Positions 12,369 through 24,540 of a stretch of 64,000 nucleotides of DNA are shown one piece after another. The notes under the pieces are model-generated. The model was given only the letters and a program-made list of their open reading frames with translations. It was not told where the DNA came from and ran no database searches. This stretch comes from Octopus bimaculoides. Taxonomy: Eukaryota. Position numbers and translations under genes: made by a program. Each line of letters starts with the position of its first letter. The stretch's first letter is position 1. The stretch lies in NCBI RefSeq assembly GCF_001194135.2, contig NC_068982.1:15133335-15197334 (forward strand), in the 5' to 3' direction.

Positions 12369-13271
12369 CAGACACCATGAGAAGTACTCAGTTGACAGCA
12401 ATACTTGGAACAGCATTTGTGTTGTGTAAAGTGTTGTGTCTCTAAGCTGAGACATGACATAGATAACCCAGGAGACCATCAAACTGGAGAGAATTGCTAC
12501 ATTAATGATGATCTTTATGATAATAACTGATATATAATGTTGGTCGGTTGATTGATTGATTTCTCCAGCCATGCTTTACATTGCACGGTGAGAGGGGGAG
12601 AGGGAGTAAAAGAGAGATAGAGAGAGAATTTATTGTAAGAGGTACTGGATGAGTGCACAAACTTGGCTTGGTGGCAGGCAATGAATAAAGAATGATATAT
12701 ACACACTTAGTGGGAGAGGAAGAATCATACAAACAGAGAAGGAAGGGGAGCAGGGTAAATGATAGAGTAGAGTAGAGCAAGTGAGAGAGAGGGTGGGGGG
12801 ATGAAAGTATCAATCTTCAGGTCAAATACGATAATAATAATAATAAAATGAATGTATATATATCAACTAACAATAAATAACAAATGAATTTATATAAAAA
12901 TACTTATTTTACCAATAAATAAAGAAAAACATTTAACAATATTACTGAAAATAAATGCAATACTTATCTTATCGAAGCTTTAGTTTAAACTAAAATTTTA
13001 AACATACTATTAACTTAGCGTTTATTAGAATTAAGTCGCATGAAAATATGGCGTAAAGGAAAGTAATAGAATAAAGAGATATATAAACATGAATGAAAGT
13101 TTTATTTATAAAATCATGAATGAAAATTATATTTATAAAATCCAGTTTTATTATAGCTTAAATCATAATAAAAAAATTAACTGTATTATAAACATTTTCT
13201 GGAAATTTTAAAATCTAAGTGATTTTAGAGTCTAAAGAATTAAGACTAAAATACATAAATTATATAATATA

Positions 13272-15815
13272 CTAGCAGAAGTACCTGGCTTTGCTCGGGG
13301 CTGAATTGCTTTAAAGTACTGTTAATGATTCTACTCAATTATGATTATTGAGGCAAAGATTGATATAAGTTAATGCCCAACCAATCAATTCGCAATTGGA
13401 TAGAAAGCCCTGCAAAGAGCATTGCAACACTCTCAGAAGGAGTAACAATAGAACGTGAGGTGGCCCTGAAAAGGCTGTGTTATCATTCTCACAATTGTAA
13501 CAATTTGGCAGGTAGTCCTGGAAGGGTGTGTAAAACGTTTGCAGGTGAATACGGCGTGTTCCTTTTCCACCAACGGCAGTGGACGTGCTGTTACAAAACT
13601 TCATGCTCTGTGAAAACAGAACAGATGCCCTATGGAGGAAAGAGGGAGATGAATCATGGGTAAGTAAATACGGGTAAGTTTGAAAATATACAACAATAGC
13701 ATCTACTCACCATATGCCAGACCGGCAAGAGTGGAGTGGTGCTGAATAGATGAATCGCCAACACCTCTGTCATGGAGATGTTGTGTAAAATGACCTGTTA
13801 CTTTTGAATATTTTGTATTTGATGTAAAATGTAATGGTGTAAAATATAATGGTGAGAGAGAGGATGTATGTATTTAGTTTTATTGACTTTTGAAGTTTTG
13901 TTATTTGATGTAAATTGTAATGGCGTGTAAGAGATAGTTACTTCATGCACGAAAGNNNNNNNNNNNNNNNNNNNNNNNNNNNNNNNNNNNNNNNNNNNNN
14001 NNNNNNNNNNNNNNNNNNNNNNNNNNNNNNNNNNNNNNNNNNNNNNNNNNNNNNNNNNNNNNNNNNNNNNNNNNNNNNNNNNNNNNNNNNNNNNNNNNNN
14101 NNNNNNNNNNNNNNNNNNNNNNNNNNNNNNNNNNNNNNNNNNNNNNNNNNNNNNNNNNNNNNNNNNNNNNNNNNNNNNNNNNNNNNNNNNNNNNNNNNNN
14201 NNNNNNNNNNNNNNNNNNNNNNNNNNNNNNNNNNNNNNNNNNNNNNNNNNNNNNNNNNNNNNNNNNNNNNNNNNNNNNNNNNNNNNNNNNNNNNNNNNNN
14301 NNNNNNNNNNNNNNNNNNNNNNNNNNNNNNNNNNNNNNNNNNNNNNNNNNNNNNNNNNNNNNNNNNNNNNNNNNNNNNNNNNNNNNNNNNNNNNNNNNNN
14401 NNNNNNNNNNNNNNNNNNNNNNNNNNNNNNNNNNNNNNNNNNNNNNNNNNNNNNNNNNNNNNNNNNNNNNNNNNNNNNNNNNNNNNNNNNNNNNNNNNNN
14501 NNNNNTTTATGTCAGCGTGGATGGAGTAATTAAAGTTTGGCTCATACTTGAAAGCCTGTAGGTGCCAGTAATGGCTGTTGGTACTCTGCAACATAGAACG
14601 TAGCTGGTGTTGGTCATGGGAAGGTCTTGCAGCAGTAGCAGAAGGCACATTTGCAATGATAATGAACCGTCCATCTGCATCTTCTGAAGCTATGGAAGCA
14701 GTCATAGCCACAGCGTTCCTAGGAAGGCAAGTCGTCCGTTGTTGCAAACGTTCGGAAGGCCTGGAAGCAGCAGTAGCCGCAGCGTTTGTAGCCAGTCGAG
14801 TGGCCCTTTGTTCCTGGCCCTCTGAATCCCTGGCAGCAGCATTAGCAGCAGCGTTTCTAATCAGGCGAGTCACCCTTTGTTCTGGGCCCTCTGTAGACCT
14901 GGAAGCAGTATCGTATGAAGCCATGTTGGCTAAGCGTACAGTGCGCTGTTCGAAACTTTCTGCAGCCTGGCATTGCACTGCATGTAAAGCGCTCTGTGAA
15001 AGTGTAAAAGCAGTTTGGTCGGAGGACTCACTTGCTTTAATCACCTTTAGCGCCATTGCTGACGAGGTATGGCAACTGAGGCGACTTCTCTTTTTCGGTG
15101 GCATTGAATGTCTGAAAGAAAGGGTGAAAGTACAGAGAAATTGTCTTAGAAAGTATGCGTAAAATTGAAGAGGGAAAAGGTGATAAAGAACGGTAAATAA
15201 ATAAATAAACTGACAGATATTAGTATGTATGTGTGTATTTGTATGTATGTATGTATGTATGTATGTATGTATGTATGTATTAGTGTGTATTAGTGTGTAT
15301 TCTGTGTGTATATATATGGGAGTAAGTAAGGGTAAGTAAGGGTATTTTAGAAAAAGATTTTCAAGGAACTCACAGTTTGTAGGGCAGAAATGTTTGACTG
15401 TTGATCGTATTTGGAAAAGACTGACAGGTATTTGTCTGTACGTGTGTATTTGTATGTATATATGTATGAGTGTGTATTCTCTGTGTATATATATATGGTA
15501 GTAAGTAAATGTGTGAAAAAAATTTTTCCAAAAGCTCACAGTTTGTATTGGAAAACCTCGCAGTTTGTAGGGAAAAGTAAATGTGTTTTAATAAAGAGTG
15601 GATTGTATTTGATAAAGATGAACAGGTATTTGTATGTATGTGTTTATTTGTATGTATGGGTGTATTTGTACGTATGTATGTATGAGTGTGTATTCTGTGT
15701 TTATATATATGGTAGTAAGTAAATGTGTGAAAAAGATTTTTAAAAAACTCCCAGTTTGTAGGGAATAAAAGTTTGTCGATCGTATTTATGTATGTATGCC
15801 TGTATATATGTGAGA
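13272..15815 (-). mobile_element. Non-autonomous Helitron, copy C (Rep N-terminal part), inverted relative to copy A
   Basis: Minus-strand 3' end CCCCGAGCAAAGCCAGG + CTAG|T at 13275-13271. Probable 5' A|TC at 15816/15815. MPPKKRSRL... ORF start near 15109. Tandem ~140-bp subterminal repeats at 15200-15790. Gap at 13956-14505. Confidence 0.9.
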
Positions 15816-16104
15816 TAATAGTTTCACTTTAATAGTTTCAGTATTAAAGTGAAAGTGTCTGACATTAGAATAGAGAGATGTTATTGTTTCACTTTTGACA
15901 CATAATACTACAATAGTGGAGATGTGATATTGCACTGGGCTCGCACTAGGTAAGAAGTTAAAAACTTTTTGGGCCTAAAACACTACCTGGACCCTAAGTA
16001 AGGCATGTGTAAAATTTGAAAGAAATTGGTTGTGTAGTTCTCAAGTTTTAGGGATTCACACAGACAGACTCACAGACACACGTTCTCATCTTTATATATA
16101 TAGA

Positions 16105-16300
16105 TTATCATCATCATTATCAATGAACGTCCACTTTCCAGCTGGCATGGGTTAAATGGTATGACTGGAACTGATTACCTGGAAAGCTGCACCAGGTTCC
16201 AGTCTGATTTGGCATGGTTTCTACAGCTGGATGCCCTTCCTAGTGCCAACCACTCCGAGAGTGTAATATGTACTTACATGGCACCAGCAATGACCACAAT
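16105..16300 (-). mobile_element. RTE LINE 3' UTR fragment
   Basis: CTACAGCTGGATGCCCTTCCTA motif with (CAT)n on +. Confidence 0.7.
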
Positions 16301-16713
16301 GATTTTATATAAATATATAATGTCAGGTGTCGGGTTATGATCCATTGCAGTGTGTTGCCGCATTCAACATTTGTTGGTATATTTCTGGGTCCTCTTGGGT
16401 AACTCTTCAAATAGTCCCAGTCAGCTGACACAGAAGGGATAACAAAGGAAAAACAAAAAAAAACACACACACACAATAGGTATGAACATGCTCAATTACT
16501 CATCAACAATCAACTAAATATTCCCACAATTTCGACACCTATGTGGTCAGAGTATTTAATCATTAGAGCAATTTTCAGAAACTCAGATTCAGCCACAAGC
16601 TTAGATCGAACTGAGTCTATAGAAAATAATAGGTGCTACGCTGTGGGCTTGAACCCTGGACCTTGTAACAGGAGTTTTATATGTCAGTGTCCCTCTAAGC
16701 TTAGTCAACGGAA

Positions 16714-16763
16714 GTGAATGTTTCGCTGATGAGATCTAACCAAGGCCGAAACATGTCGTTTAC
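16714..16763 (+). ncRNA. Degenerate minimal hammerhead-ribozyme motif (Penelope-type)
   Basis: CTGATGA at 16726-16732, imperfect stem II, GAAA at 16748-16751, palindromic ACATGT then C (GUC site at 16757). Stem I is not in register. Confidence 0.45.
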
Positions 16764-17039
16764 CACAGCTGGAAGACAAAATCCACTCCTATCTGCACTA
16801 ACATTGCCTCAAAATTTGAATTAGTTGATATTATCGGTCTTATCTATTTTACTTGTTGATTTTAGATTTAAAATGTCCTGGAGGGAGATTTGTCTTCTAA
16901 TTGTAAGGATGTCCGTTAAACGAGTTTTTTTTTTCAAACTGTATATTACAGAGGTAAGATTCTACTGTCAATATTTAACATGCTGACTTCTCCCTTGAGC
17001 TGTATTACCTCAGTCCTAACGTGTTTTGCTTACTCGGGT

Positions 17040-17624
17040 TATCCAAATCTTTTTTTTTTTTTTTTTTTTTTTTGTTTTATACACATTTTTCCGGATTGTT
17101 TTGGTTTATAACCAATCCCGCATTATATATTTACCAAAACAAAAGATCACCTCTTACATATTCTCACTTGCGTATATTTAGCATTGAATTGCGTTTCCCA
17201 GAAAACCGGATGAATATATAAAAATTCGTAAACATGGGAAGAGTGAGACGGTAGACTTTCGCTTCAGAACCCGGAAACACACACACACACACAAAATAAT
17301 AATAAATAAATAAATAGAGAGAGAGAGAGAGAAAAAAGCATCAATTTGGCTGCTATTTCTAGCATTTTAGACCATGTAGCGGCCCACTTGATGATTTCGT
17401 CGGAGCTCATGGCGTTTACGTCAATTGTTTTCTAAACACTACAAGGGTTTTTTTTTATCTTCCGAGGCAATTCTCTCCATGCTACTCACCTATAGTCAAT
17501 CAGTCAGTATCTTAAAATCATTGTGAAACATATTTCACTAAAAGGATAAGTAAAACTGAAAACGTTAGCCTTTAATATAATACACAGTTGAGAAACTTTT
17601 TAAGCAGCATCTATGCAGAATGTA

Positions 17625-17663
<39 letters not shown>

Positions 17664-18346
17664 TTTGCTTGTTTGTTTCTTTCTAACGCACATAGTCCAA
17701 GTATATCAGTAAATATATACTTCACATCTGAATTTTAAATTCTTTTTCAAGTACGCTAATCTCATGTTAAACTGATTGATTCGAACGTACAGCGTTTCCC
17801 ATTGAGCACACCCCCAACAAAGAAAGAAAGCATTCGTGTCACAACTTCGCATTTACCACGGTCTACAATCCCAATGAGAAATATCTCTCTTTAAAGAAAC
17901 CAAGATATAAAGCATAAATATATACATGTATATATTTATATTTATATATACATAGAGCAGTTAGCCAACAATAACAATAGTTATTTATAGCTGCTCAATA
18001 GTTTTGATTTACTGCAGGATATGAACCAGCTTCAATATATTGTTCATTGAAATAATCGAAAAAAAAAATCTATGTGCAGAGACGTGCATTGTCATGTATT
18101 TAGATGTATAGCAGCACTTATGGTAGGTGCAATATTATTAATTAGAAAGAAATTAAGTTTCTGCGTATCTTGAAGCCTAGTGCCGTAAAGCGGTACCAGT
18201 GTCGGGAGTTGTCTGTGTTTATGATCAGTCTGCCGAAAATTGCAGTTTGATCAGAACGTTTGTGGGTTCGGCAGATTTGACTCCCGTTTTGGAGCGAGGG
18301 GATCGTCTTTTCTTAAACATTGAAGGGAGCTTTCCATTCACAAAGT
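17040..18346. promoter_or_regulatory. Probable promoter / 5' UTR region of the RNF139-like gene
   Basis: TE-free and visibly CpG-richer than the flanks. ETS-like TTCCGG (17089), CCGGAT (17206), CCGGAA (17271). CRE-like TTACGTCA (17416). Directly upstream of ATG 18347. Confidence 0.45.
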
Positions 18347-18527
18347 ATGACATGGAGGGACAGACTAGAAAATCTCCTTGACATTGCCTTGAGAATCCCT
18401 CCTCTTTTCGTGATGGATGCTATACTAAACAAGCAAACATCTGTAGGATTTTGGTTGCTTTTCAACATCAAAGAACCGCCAGATTCGTGGGGATTTAGTA
18501 CTATCACGTTTCTCTTTGATTTTGCAG
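18347..18527 (+). CDS. RNF139: RNF139/TRC8-like E3 ubiquitin ligase, coding exon 1
   Basis: MTWRDRLENLLDIALRIPPLFVMDAILN resembles the TRC8 N-terminal ALEVALRVPCLYIIDAIFN motif. 181 nt ending GCAG|GTAAAC (phase 1), in frame with exon 2. Confidence 0.88.
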
Positions 18528-19129
18528 GTAAACGTTCATAATTTATTTCAACTTATTATTTATTTTATCGTTAAAAAAATTTCTTTTTTCAAATCCATTC
18601 AAATCTGAACAATTCATTTTATTATCATTATAATCTACCCGCATTTTGTTTGCAAATAAGACAAGGTATTCCTTAAATGGAAGAGTTAAAAAATCAGCAA
18701 GGTGTCACTCATTTATATCAGTTTCACCTGTCTGAATGTGTGACCACCTAGCAAAAGAACTCATTAGGATATCCGTATTGTCACAAAATACCTTTATGTA
18801 TGTTTCATCATAGCAGTTGTCCTTCTTCAGCTCTTAATTACATTACCTCTACAACCGAAAATAATATATATATATATATAGTGGTAGCTGTTATTATGTA
18901 AGGCTAAAGAACAATGTCTCAACTGTTGTAATAGTCTATCACTTTTGATTGCTGCTGTTTTAGTTGTTTGTGTTTATACTTAATTGTTGCTTTATTTATT
19001 CAATCACTTCTCCAATTGTTGCTTTATTTCGTTACTTCTCAATTTTACTATACATCTTCATCTCAGATAATTTAGTTGGTAGCTAATTATTTAGCCTACA
19101 CACACACACACACAATAATAATAATAATA

Positions 19130-19310
19130 ATAGTAATAATAATAAACAATCCTTTCTACTATAGGCACAAGGGCTGGAATTTTGTGGGAAGGTGCAAGTT
19201 GATTTCGTCGACCTAAGTGATCAACTGGTACCTTATTTAATCATCCCTGAAAAGATAAAATGTAAAATCAATAATTTCTGATGTGCACTAGACCCCAAAT
19301 TTGTGGGAAG
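19130..19310 (-). mobile_element. SINE family C, diverged
   Basis: CCTTTCTACTATAGGCACAAGG tail next to (AAT)n. Confidence 0.6.
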
Positions 19311-19931
19311 GGTTAGTTAACTAAATAATCGGCAACCTTTCGACGAAAGATTGCCAAAATAAGTCTTTATGGTCAGACTGCCACTTATTTTTATCGCGCC
19401 CGGAAGAATGAAAAACGAATATGACCTCCTCCCGGATTTGAACCCTGGAAGTAACGGACCGTTACTAAATACCACTAAGCATTTTCTTCGATGCTTCAAC
19501 AAACGCACAATGTATATTAAATACCCGGGGAAGGGTGTTATTTTTATTCAACAATGCGTATGTTTAGTAAGAATGTTCAGAACAGATCGTGGTCATGAAC
19601 ACCTTGCCTATGTAACTCATACTTTTTAGTATCTTTCAACAGTGACTAATGTTTGTCATATGTTTGCCTCTGTTCTAGTGGCAATCACAGCAAGAATAAA
19701 TAAACGAGTAAAAGTACAAATTGAGTCATCTAGTCTTAACAGATATCTTCGAGTTATTATGAGTCTTCTATCTTAACTTCCGATTGACAGATTTCATGTT
19801 TTCTTTCATGTACGCGCGCCCGTATACATATATATGTGTGCGTGTGTGTCTGTGAGTATATATACTCATATATACACAGAGACTCAAGCACGGACGTATG
19901 TATACACACATAAATGTGTCTGTACCTGTAA

Positions 19932-19934
<3 letters not shown>

Positions 19935-19984
<50 letters not shown>
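19935..19984. repeat. (TA)n microsatellite
   Basis: About 50-bp pure TA run. Similar runs at about 17626-17659 and 35250-35296. Confidence 0.95.
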
Positions 19985-19987
<3 letters not shown>

Positions 19988-20960
19988 CAAAAGCTGCTGG
20001 CCCATCATGGATGATAGCTAAGATGCTCGAAATATCTGGTAAGGTAAGATAACATGATAGTCACCTGGATAGTTAATCAAGTAATATAGGAAGGTGTCGT
20101 ACCCAATGACTGGTGTAGCAGTATCTTTATAAATTGCTGGAAGGACAAAGGTGATGCTTTTAGTAGGTGGATATTCTAGAGGCATCAGATTTTTGGATCA
20201 GGCCATGAAGGTCACAGAGTGAGTTATGGCATAATTGATCTGATACAGAGCTAGTTTAGATAAAATGTAATTTGACTTCATTTCTAGAAGGGCAACAGAT
20301 GCAATCATTCTAGTGGCTGCTTTAGAAATACTTGGCTAAGTGTAAACTGCTATATCTGGCATTTATTGACTTGGAGACGGCCTTCTGGTGGTCACTAAGA
20401 AAACTAGTTGTGGATGAATGGCTTGTGAGGTCTGTACAAGTTATGTACAAAGGTGCTGTAAGTAAAGTGAGATTCAATAGTAAGTTTTATGACAAATTTA
20501 GCCTGAAGGTAGGGGGTCCATCAAAGTTCAGCCCTCAGCCCTCTCTTATTTGTTATTGTCCTCCAGGCCATCACAAATGTCTAAGACTGGCTGTCCATAG
20601 GAACTCCTATATGCTGATGACCTTGGAGGCAAACTTGGTCTGATGGATATGCAATGTTAAAGTGCACAAGTGCCAGAATAGAAGTGAACTTTTGAGAAAT
20701 ATCGGATGTTAGCAGAATCAGGTGTGGTATATAAGAGAGAGCTTGCATTAGTATGGCCATATGATGCATGGAGAGGATGACTGCTGCATTAGGAAGTGCT
20801 GTGCACTTCATGTTTGTGGGACCCATAGAAGAGGGATACTGAGGAAGATGGGATGAAGTGGTAAAGACTGACCTAAAAGATGCTGCATTTTATAGAGATG
20901 ACAAAAGACCATATTGATTGACAATAGGTGATGCTGCAAAAAACTTGCTCACCCTCAGTA
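19985..20960 (+). mobile_element. Decayed RTE LINE reverse-transcriptase fragment
   Basis: YLAFIDLE, WWSLRKL.VDEWLVR.VQ.MY motifs with stops and frameshifts. Confidence 0.8.
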
Positions 20961-21319
20961 ACACGTGCTCTTAAGTTGGGGGTTGTGTTAGAAGCCGCAA
21001 TATTTGTACCCTGCCAGGCCTACATTTACTGCTTTTAACCTTCATCACCATTGTTTTAACATCTACTTTTCAATGCTTGCATGAGTCCGATGAAATTCAT
21101 TGAGGTAGATTTCTAGGGTCAGGTACTCTTTCTCTTGCCAACTCACATCTGTTTCATGGAAAATTACTAACAAACAGCTCCACTTCTATAATGGGGATGT
21201 TTGTTTGCAATCATCCATATGTATATGCTTGTATGCATATGTATATGCTTGTATGCATATGTATATGCATATGTGTGTGTGTGTGTGTGTACATATGGTT
21301 CAGAGCTTGGCAGATACAG

Positions 21320-22275
21320 AAAAGGACAGCATGGGGAAAGAAGATATGGAAATTAGAAGATTCCATAATTGGGAACAAATAAGGAAATTCTAACTGACAC
21401 ATATGACTGTAGGGAAGCAGATTTATACACCTGTAGCAGGGATGAAAACTGGGAATTTGCTTAGGGTCACAGAATAGACATGTGGCTAGAACAAAGTCCT
21501 GACCAAACCAAAAGTAACTTGGTTGACAGGACTGTAAATGATAAGTGACAGGCTTAAAAACCCCAGCGAAAAGGTGCTAGTAGGGAGCATTACCAAATGT
21601 CTAGGAGGACAGCTAACCATCAGGTATACTTGGCTAAGGGTGAGACAGAGAGGTAGAAGCTTGTGCATGTCTTGCAGTGTGAGGATTAGAGGTGTGGGGG
21701 TGTTCAGGATTGCAAGACAGTGTGTGAGAGAGAAACAAGATGTCATAGGTGAAGAGTGTATCCAGGATGATGAAGGCATATTTGCCATTAATATGGAAGA
21801 CAAGGAAGTGGCATAGAGGTATTATTATGAGAGGCTGTTGGATGCAGAGAATGTTTGGGATAAAGAGGGTTTACTTATGCTGACGCTACAAAAGGATCAG
21901 CAATTCAAGTCGACAAGAACATAATAGGTAAGGTGATGAAGAACACAAAGAGAGGGAAAACTGCAGGTCTATCAGGGATAGATGCAGAGATGCTCGAAAT
22001 ATCCATTGAGATAGAGTACAGAATTACCGACAGATCAAGTTATACAGGAAGGATTCATACCTAATGAATGGTGAGCAGTCTCATGGTAAACTGTTACAAA
22101 GGCAAAGGTGATATCTTAGAGGGAGACAGCTGTAGAGGAATCAAGCTACTGGATCAGGTTGTGAAGGTCACAGAGAAAGTTATAGCACAATTGATTCCTG
22201 ATAGGGCAGATGAGATGCAGTTCAGTTTTGTGTCTGAAAGAGGTGTGATACATGCAGTCTTCTTATGTGATTGAG
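21320..22275 (+). mobile_element. Decayed RTE LINE fragment (pre-RT and RT N-terminus)
   Basis: QDVIGEECIQDDEG and NCYKGKGDILEGDSCRGIKLLDQVVKVTEKVIAQLI, homologous to 24865-25915. Confidence 0.78.
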
Positions 22276-22329
22276 TCATCTCTACAGATTTTATATAGAA
22301 ATTGTAGCCAGCATTGATTTTATTACAGC

Positions 22330-22507
22330 ATTTCGTATCCAAGACATCAGATATAAACAAACAATGAGATCAAAGATTAAGAGCTTAGACAGGTGCTGAT
22401 GAAAGAGTGAAAACTCCCGAAATATGGCATATATGCCCATTACCCATTTTTCATCTTTCATCTTCAGTCTCATTGTTTGTTTACATTTGATGTCTCGGAT
22501 ATGAAAC
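22330..22507 (+). ncRNA. Minimal hammerhead-ribozyme motif inside a short inverted repeat (Penelope-type relic)
   Basis: CTGATGA at 22396-22402, stem GAGT-GAAA-ACTC, GAAA at 22419-22422, palindromic ATATG-G-CATAT, stem I GGTG/TGCC. Flanked by inverted arms 22337-22369 and 22468-22500. Confidence 0.55.
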
Positions 22508-22529
22508 ATCATAACAAGATACATGTAAA

Positions 22530-22765
22530 AAGCACCACTCAAGCGTGGCTGTTGCCAGTGCCGTCTGACTGGCTCCCATGCTGGTGGCACGTAAAAAGCA
22601 CCCACTACACTCTCGGAGTGGTTGGCATTAGGAAGGGCATCCAGCTGTAGAAACCTTGCCAGATCAGATTGGAGCCTGGTGTAGCCTCCTGGCTTGCCAG
22701 TCCTCAGTCAAACCATTCAACCCTTGCCAGCCTGGAAAGATGTTAAACGATGACGATGATGATGA
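22530..22765 (+). mobile_element. RTE LINE 3' UTR fragment
   Basis: Family motif plus (GAT)n tail. Confidence 0.78.
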
Positions 22766-22767
22766 TA

Positions 22768-23200
22768 GGCAGATTGCATGACGCTTGTATTAGAACTGCA
22801 ATGTTGCATAGTAATGAGGTAGGGGCCTTGAATTCAGAGCACTTAAGAAGACTGGAAAGAAATGAGGTGAGCCTGTTCTGTTGGATGAAAATGCCTGAAT
22901 GGCAACAGTATACAAGTGCTGAGAGAAAAACCGGGCATAAGAGGAATCAGACGTAGTGTGCAAGAAAGAAGACTGTGTTGGTATGGACCTGTGATGCGTA
23001 TGGATGAGGACAATTATATAAGGAAGTGGTGATCACTTAATGTAGTTGGCATTTGCAGAAGGGAGAGACTCAGGAAGAAATAATGGTGAAGTGGTGAAGG
23101 CTGACCTCAGAGCCCTGAGCCCCATGGAAGAGACGACAAAGGATTAAGATGTCTGGCAATATGGAGTTCTCGAAAGTTTCATCCACCTCAACGAAACTGA
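22768..23200 (+). mobile_element. Decayed RTE LINE C-terminal fragment
   Basis: RTAMLHSNE...LRRLERNEVSL, continuing the RT fragment interrupted at 22275. Confidence 0.68.
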
Positions 23201-23368
23201 ATACTGGAACACACCACATATATATATATTGTGCTCTCCACCCACGCGTGACATCAATTCATGCCTCACTCCCTGAACCTAATTACTTCTCATGAAGTAC
23301 TATGTCTGCCTCTCTCTCCTCCTCCCTCTATTCTTGCAGCCTACCCAACCATGTTATCTCTCTCTCTG

Positions 23369-23404
<36 letters not shown>

Positions 23405-24057
23405 TCCCATTGTCAACTGTATCATTATTACTATACTGCTGGTCTTTCTCCCCATCCCATTCTCTTCCCCCAACTGATAACTCATCGGTCACTCACCCTT
23501 TGACCTTACACTCAATTTTACAGTTGCAGTCTGCCTCCTCATTCCCTCATCTGTTCCCCATTCAATTTTGCAAACATCTCCATCAACCCACTTCTACTCA
23601 CTATGTACTTTGAGTGGGGGGGGGGCACCTGGACACCTCATCATCACCATCTGTCTCATCACAACTCCTAATGTTCATTCTGTCTTTCCATATTAAATGT
23701 GAGTAGCCATGTAGTTCTTCCACAAGAACCTGCTCTGTCCCCTACGACTTTCATAATTTAACCTCTTGTTCCCCAGCATAAAGCCAGTCCCTACTCCCAT
23801 GGGGTTTCTGAGCTGCTTGGCAGCCTCAATAGTGTTGGTGGCATGAAAAAAGCACCCAGCACACTTTGTAAAGTGGTGGGCACTAGGAAGGGCATCCAAC
23901 CATAGAAAGCAGACACTGGAGCACGATGCAGTTCTTGGACCCATTGAATCCTTCCAACCATGCCAGCATGGATGATAATGATGGTATATATGTATGTATT
24001 CTTGTATTATTGTACATATTTCAGCTGTAAGGCTGTGGCCATTTGGTGGTGGGGCAT

Positions 24058-24408
24058 ATCATCATCATCATCATCATCGTTTAACGTCCACTTTCCATGC
24101 TAGCATGGGTTGGACGATTTAACGGAGGACTGGTGAAACCTGATGGCTACACCAGGCTCCAATTTGATTTGGCAGAGTTTCTACAGCTGGATGCCCTTCC
24201 TAACACCAACCACTCCGAGAGTGTAGTGAGTGCTTTTCACATGCCACCGGCACGAAGGCCTGTCAGGCGGTACTGGCAACGGCCACGCTCAAAATGGTGT
24301 ATTTTACGTGCCACCCGCACAAGAGCCAGTCCAGCGGCACTGGCAACGATCTAGCTCAAAATTCCTTACACATGCCACGGGCACAAGTGCCAGAAAGGCG
24401 ACGCTGGG
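24058..24408 (-). mobile_element. RTE LINE 3' UTR fragment
   Basis: (CAT)n then CGTTTAACGTCC...CTACAGCTGGATGCCCTTCC and ~60-bp internal repeats. Confidence 0.8.
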
Positions 24409-24540
24409 CATATATATATATAATATGTTGTATTACTTTGAAGATGTCTCAAAACTAGTGGAATGCAACTAGTATGTATACATATCTACCCGTCCGTCTG
24501 TCCATCCATCCATCCATCCATCCATCCATCCATCCATCAC

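Noticed and set aside
13373-13663. Kinase-like REVALKRL in a 96-aa ORF
   Set aside because: No other kinase motif is present. It is antisense to Helitron-internal sequence and interrupted in copy A.
17389-17450. C/D-box snoRNA (TGATGA near 17390)
   Set aside because: No CTGA D box at a suitable distance and no convincing terminal stem.
18790-18840. Hammerhead on - strand (CTGAAGA...GAAACAT)
   Set aside because: Stems I and II do not pair.
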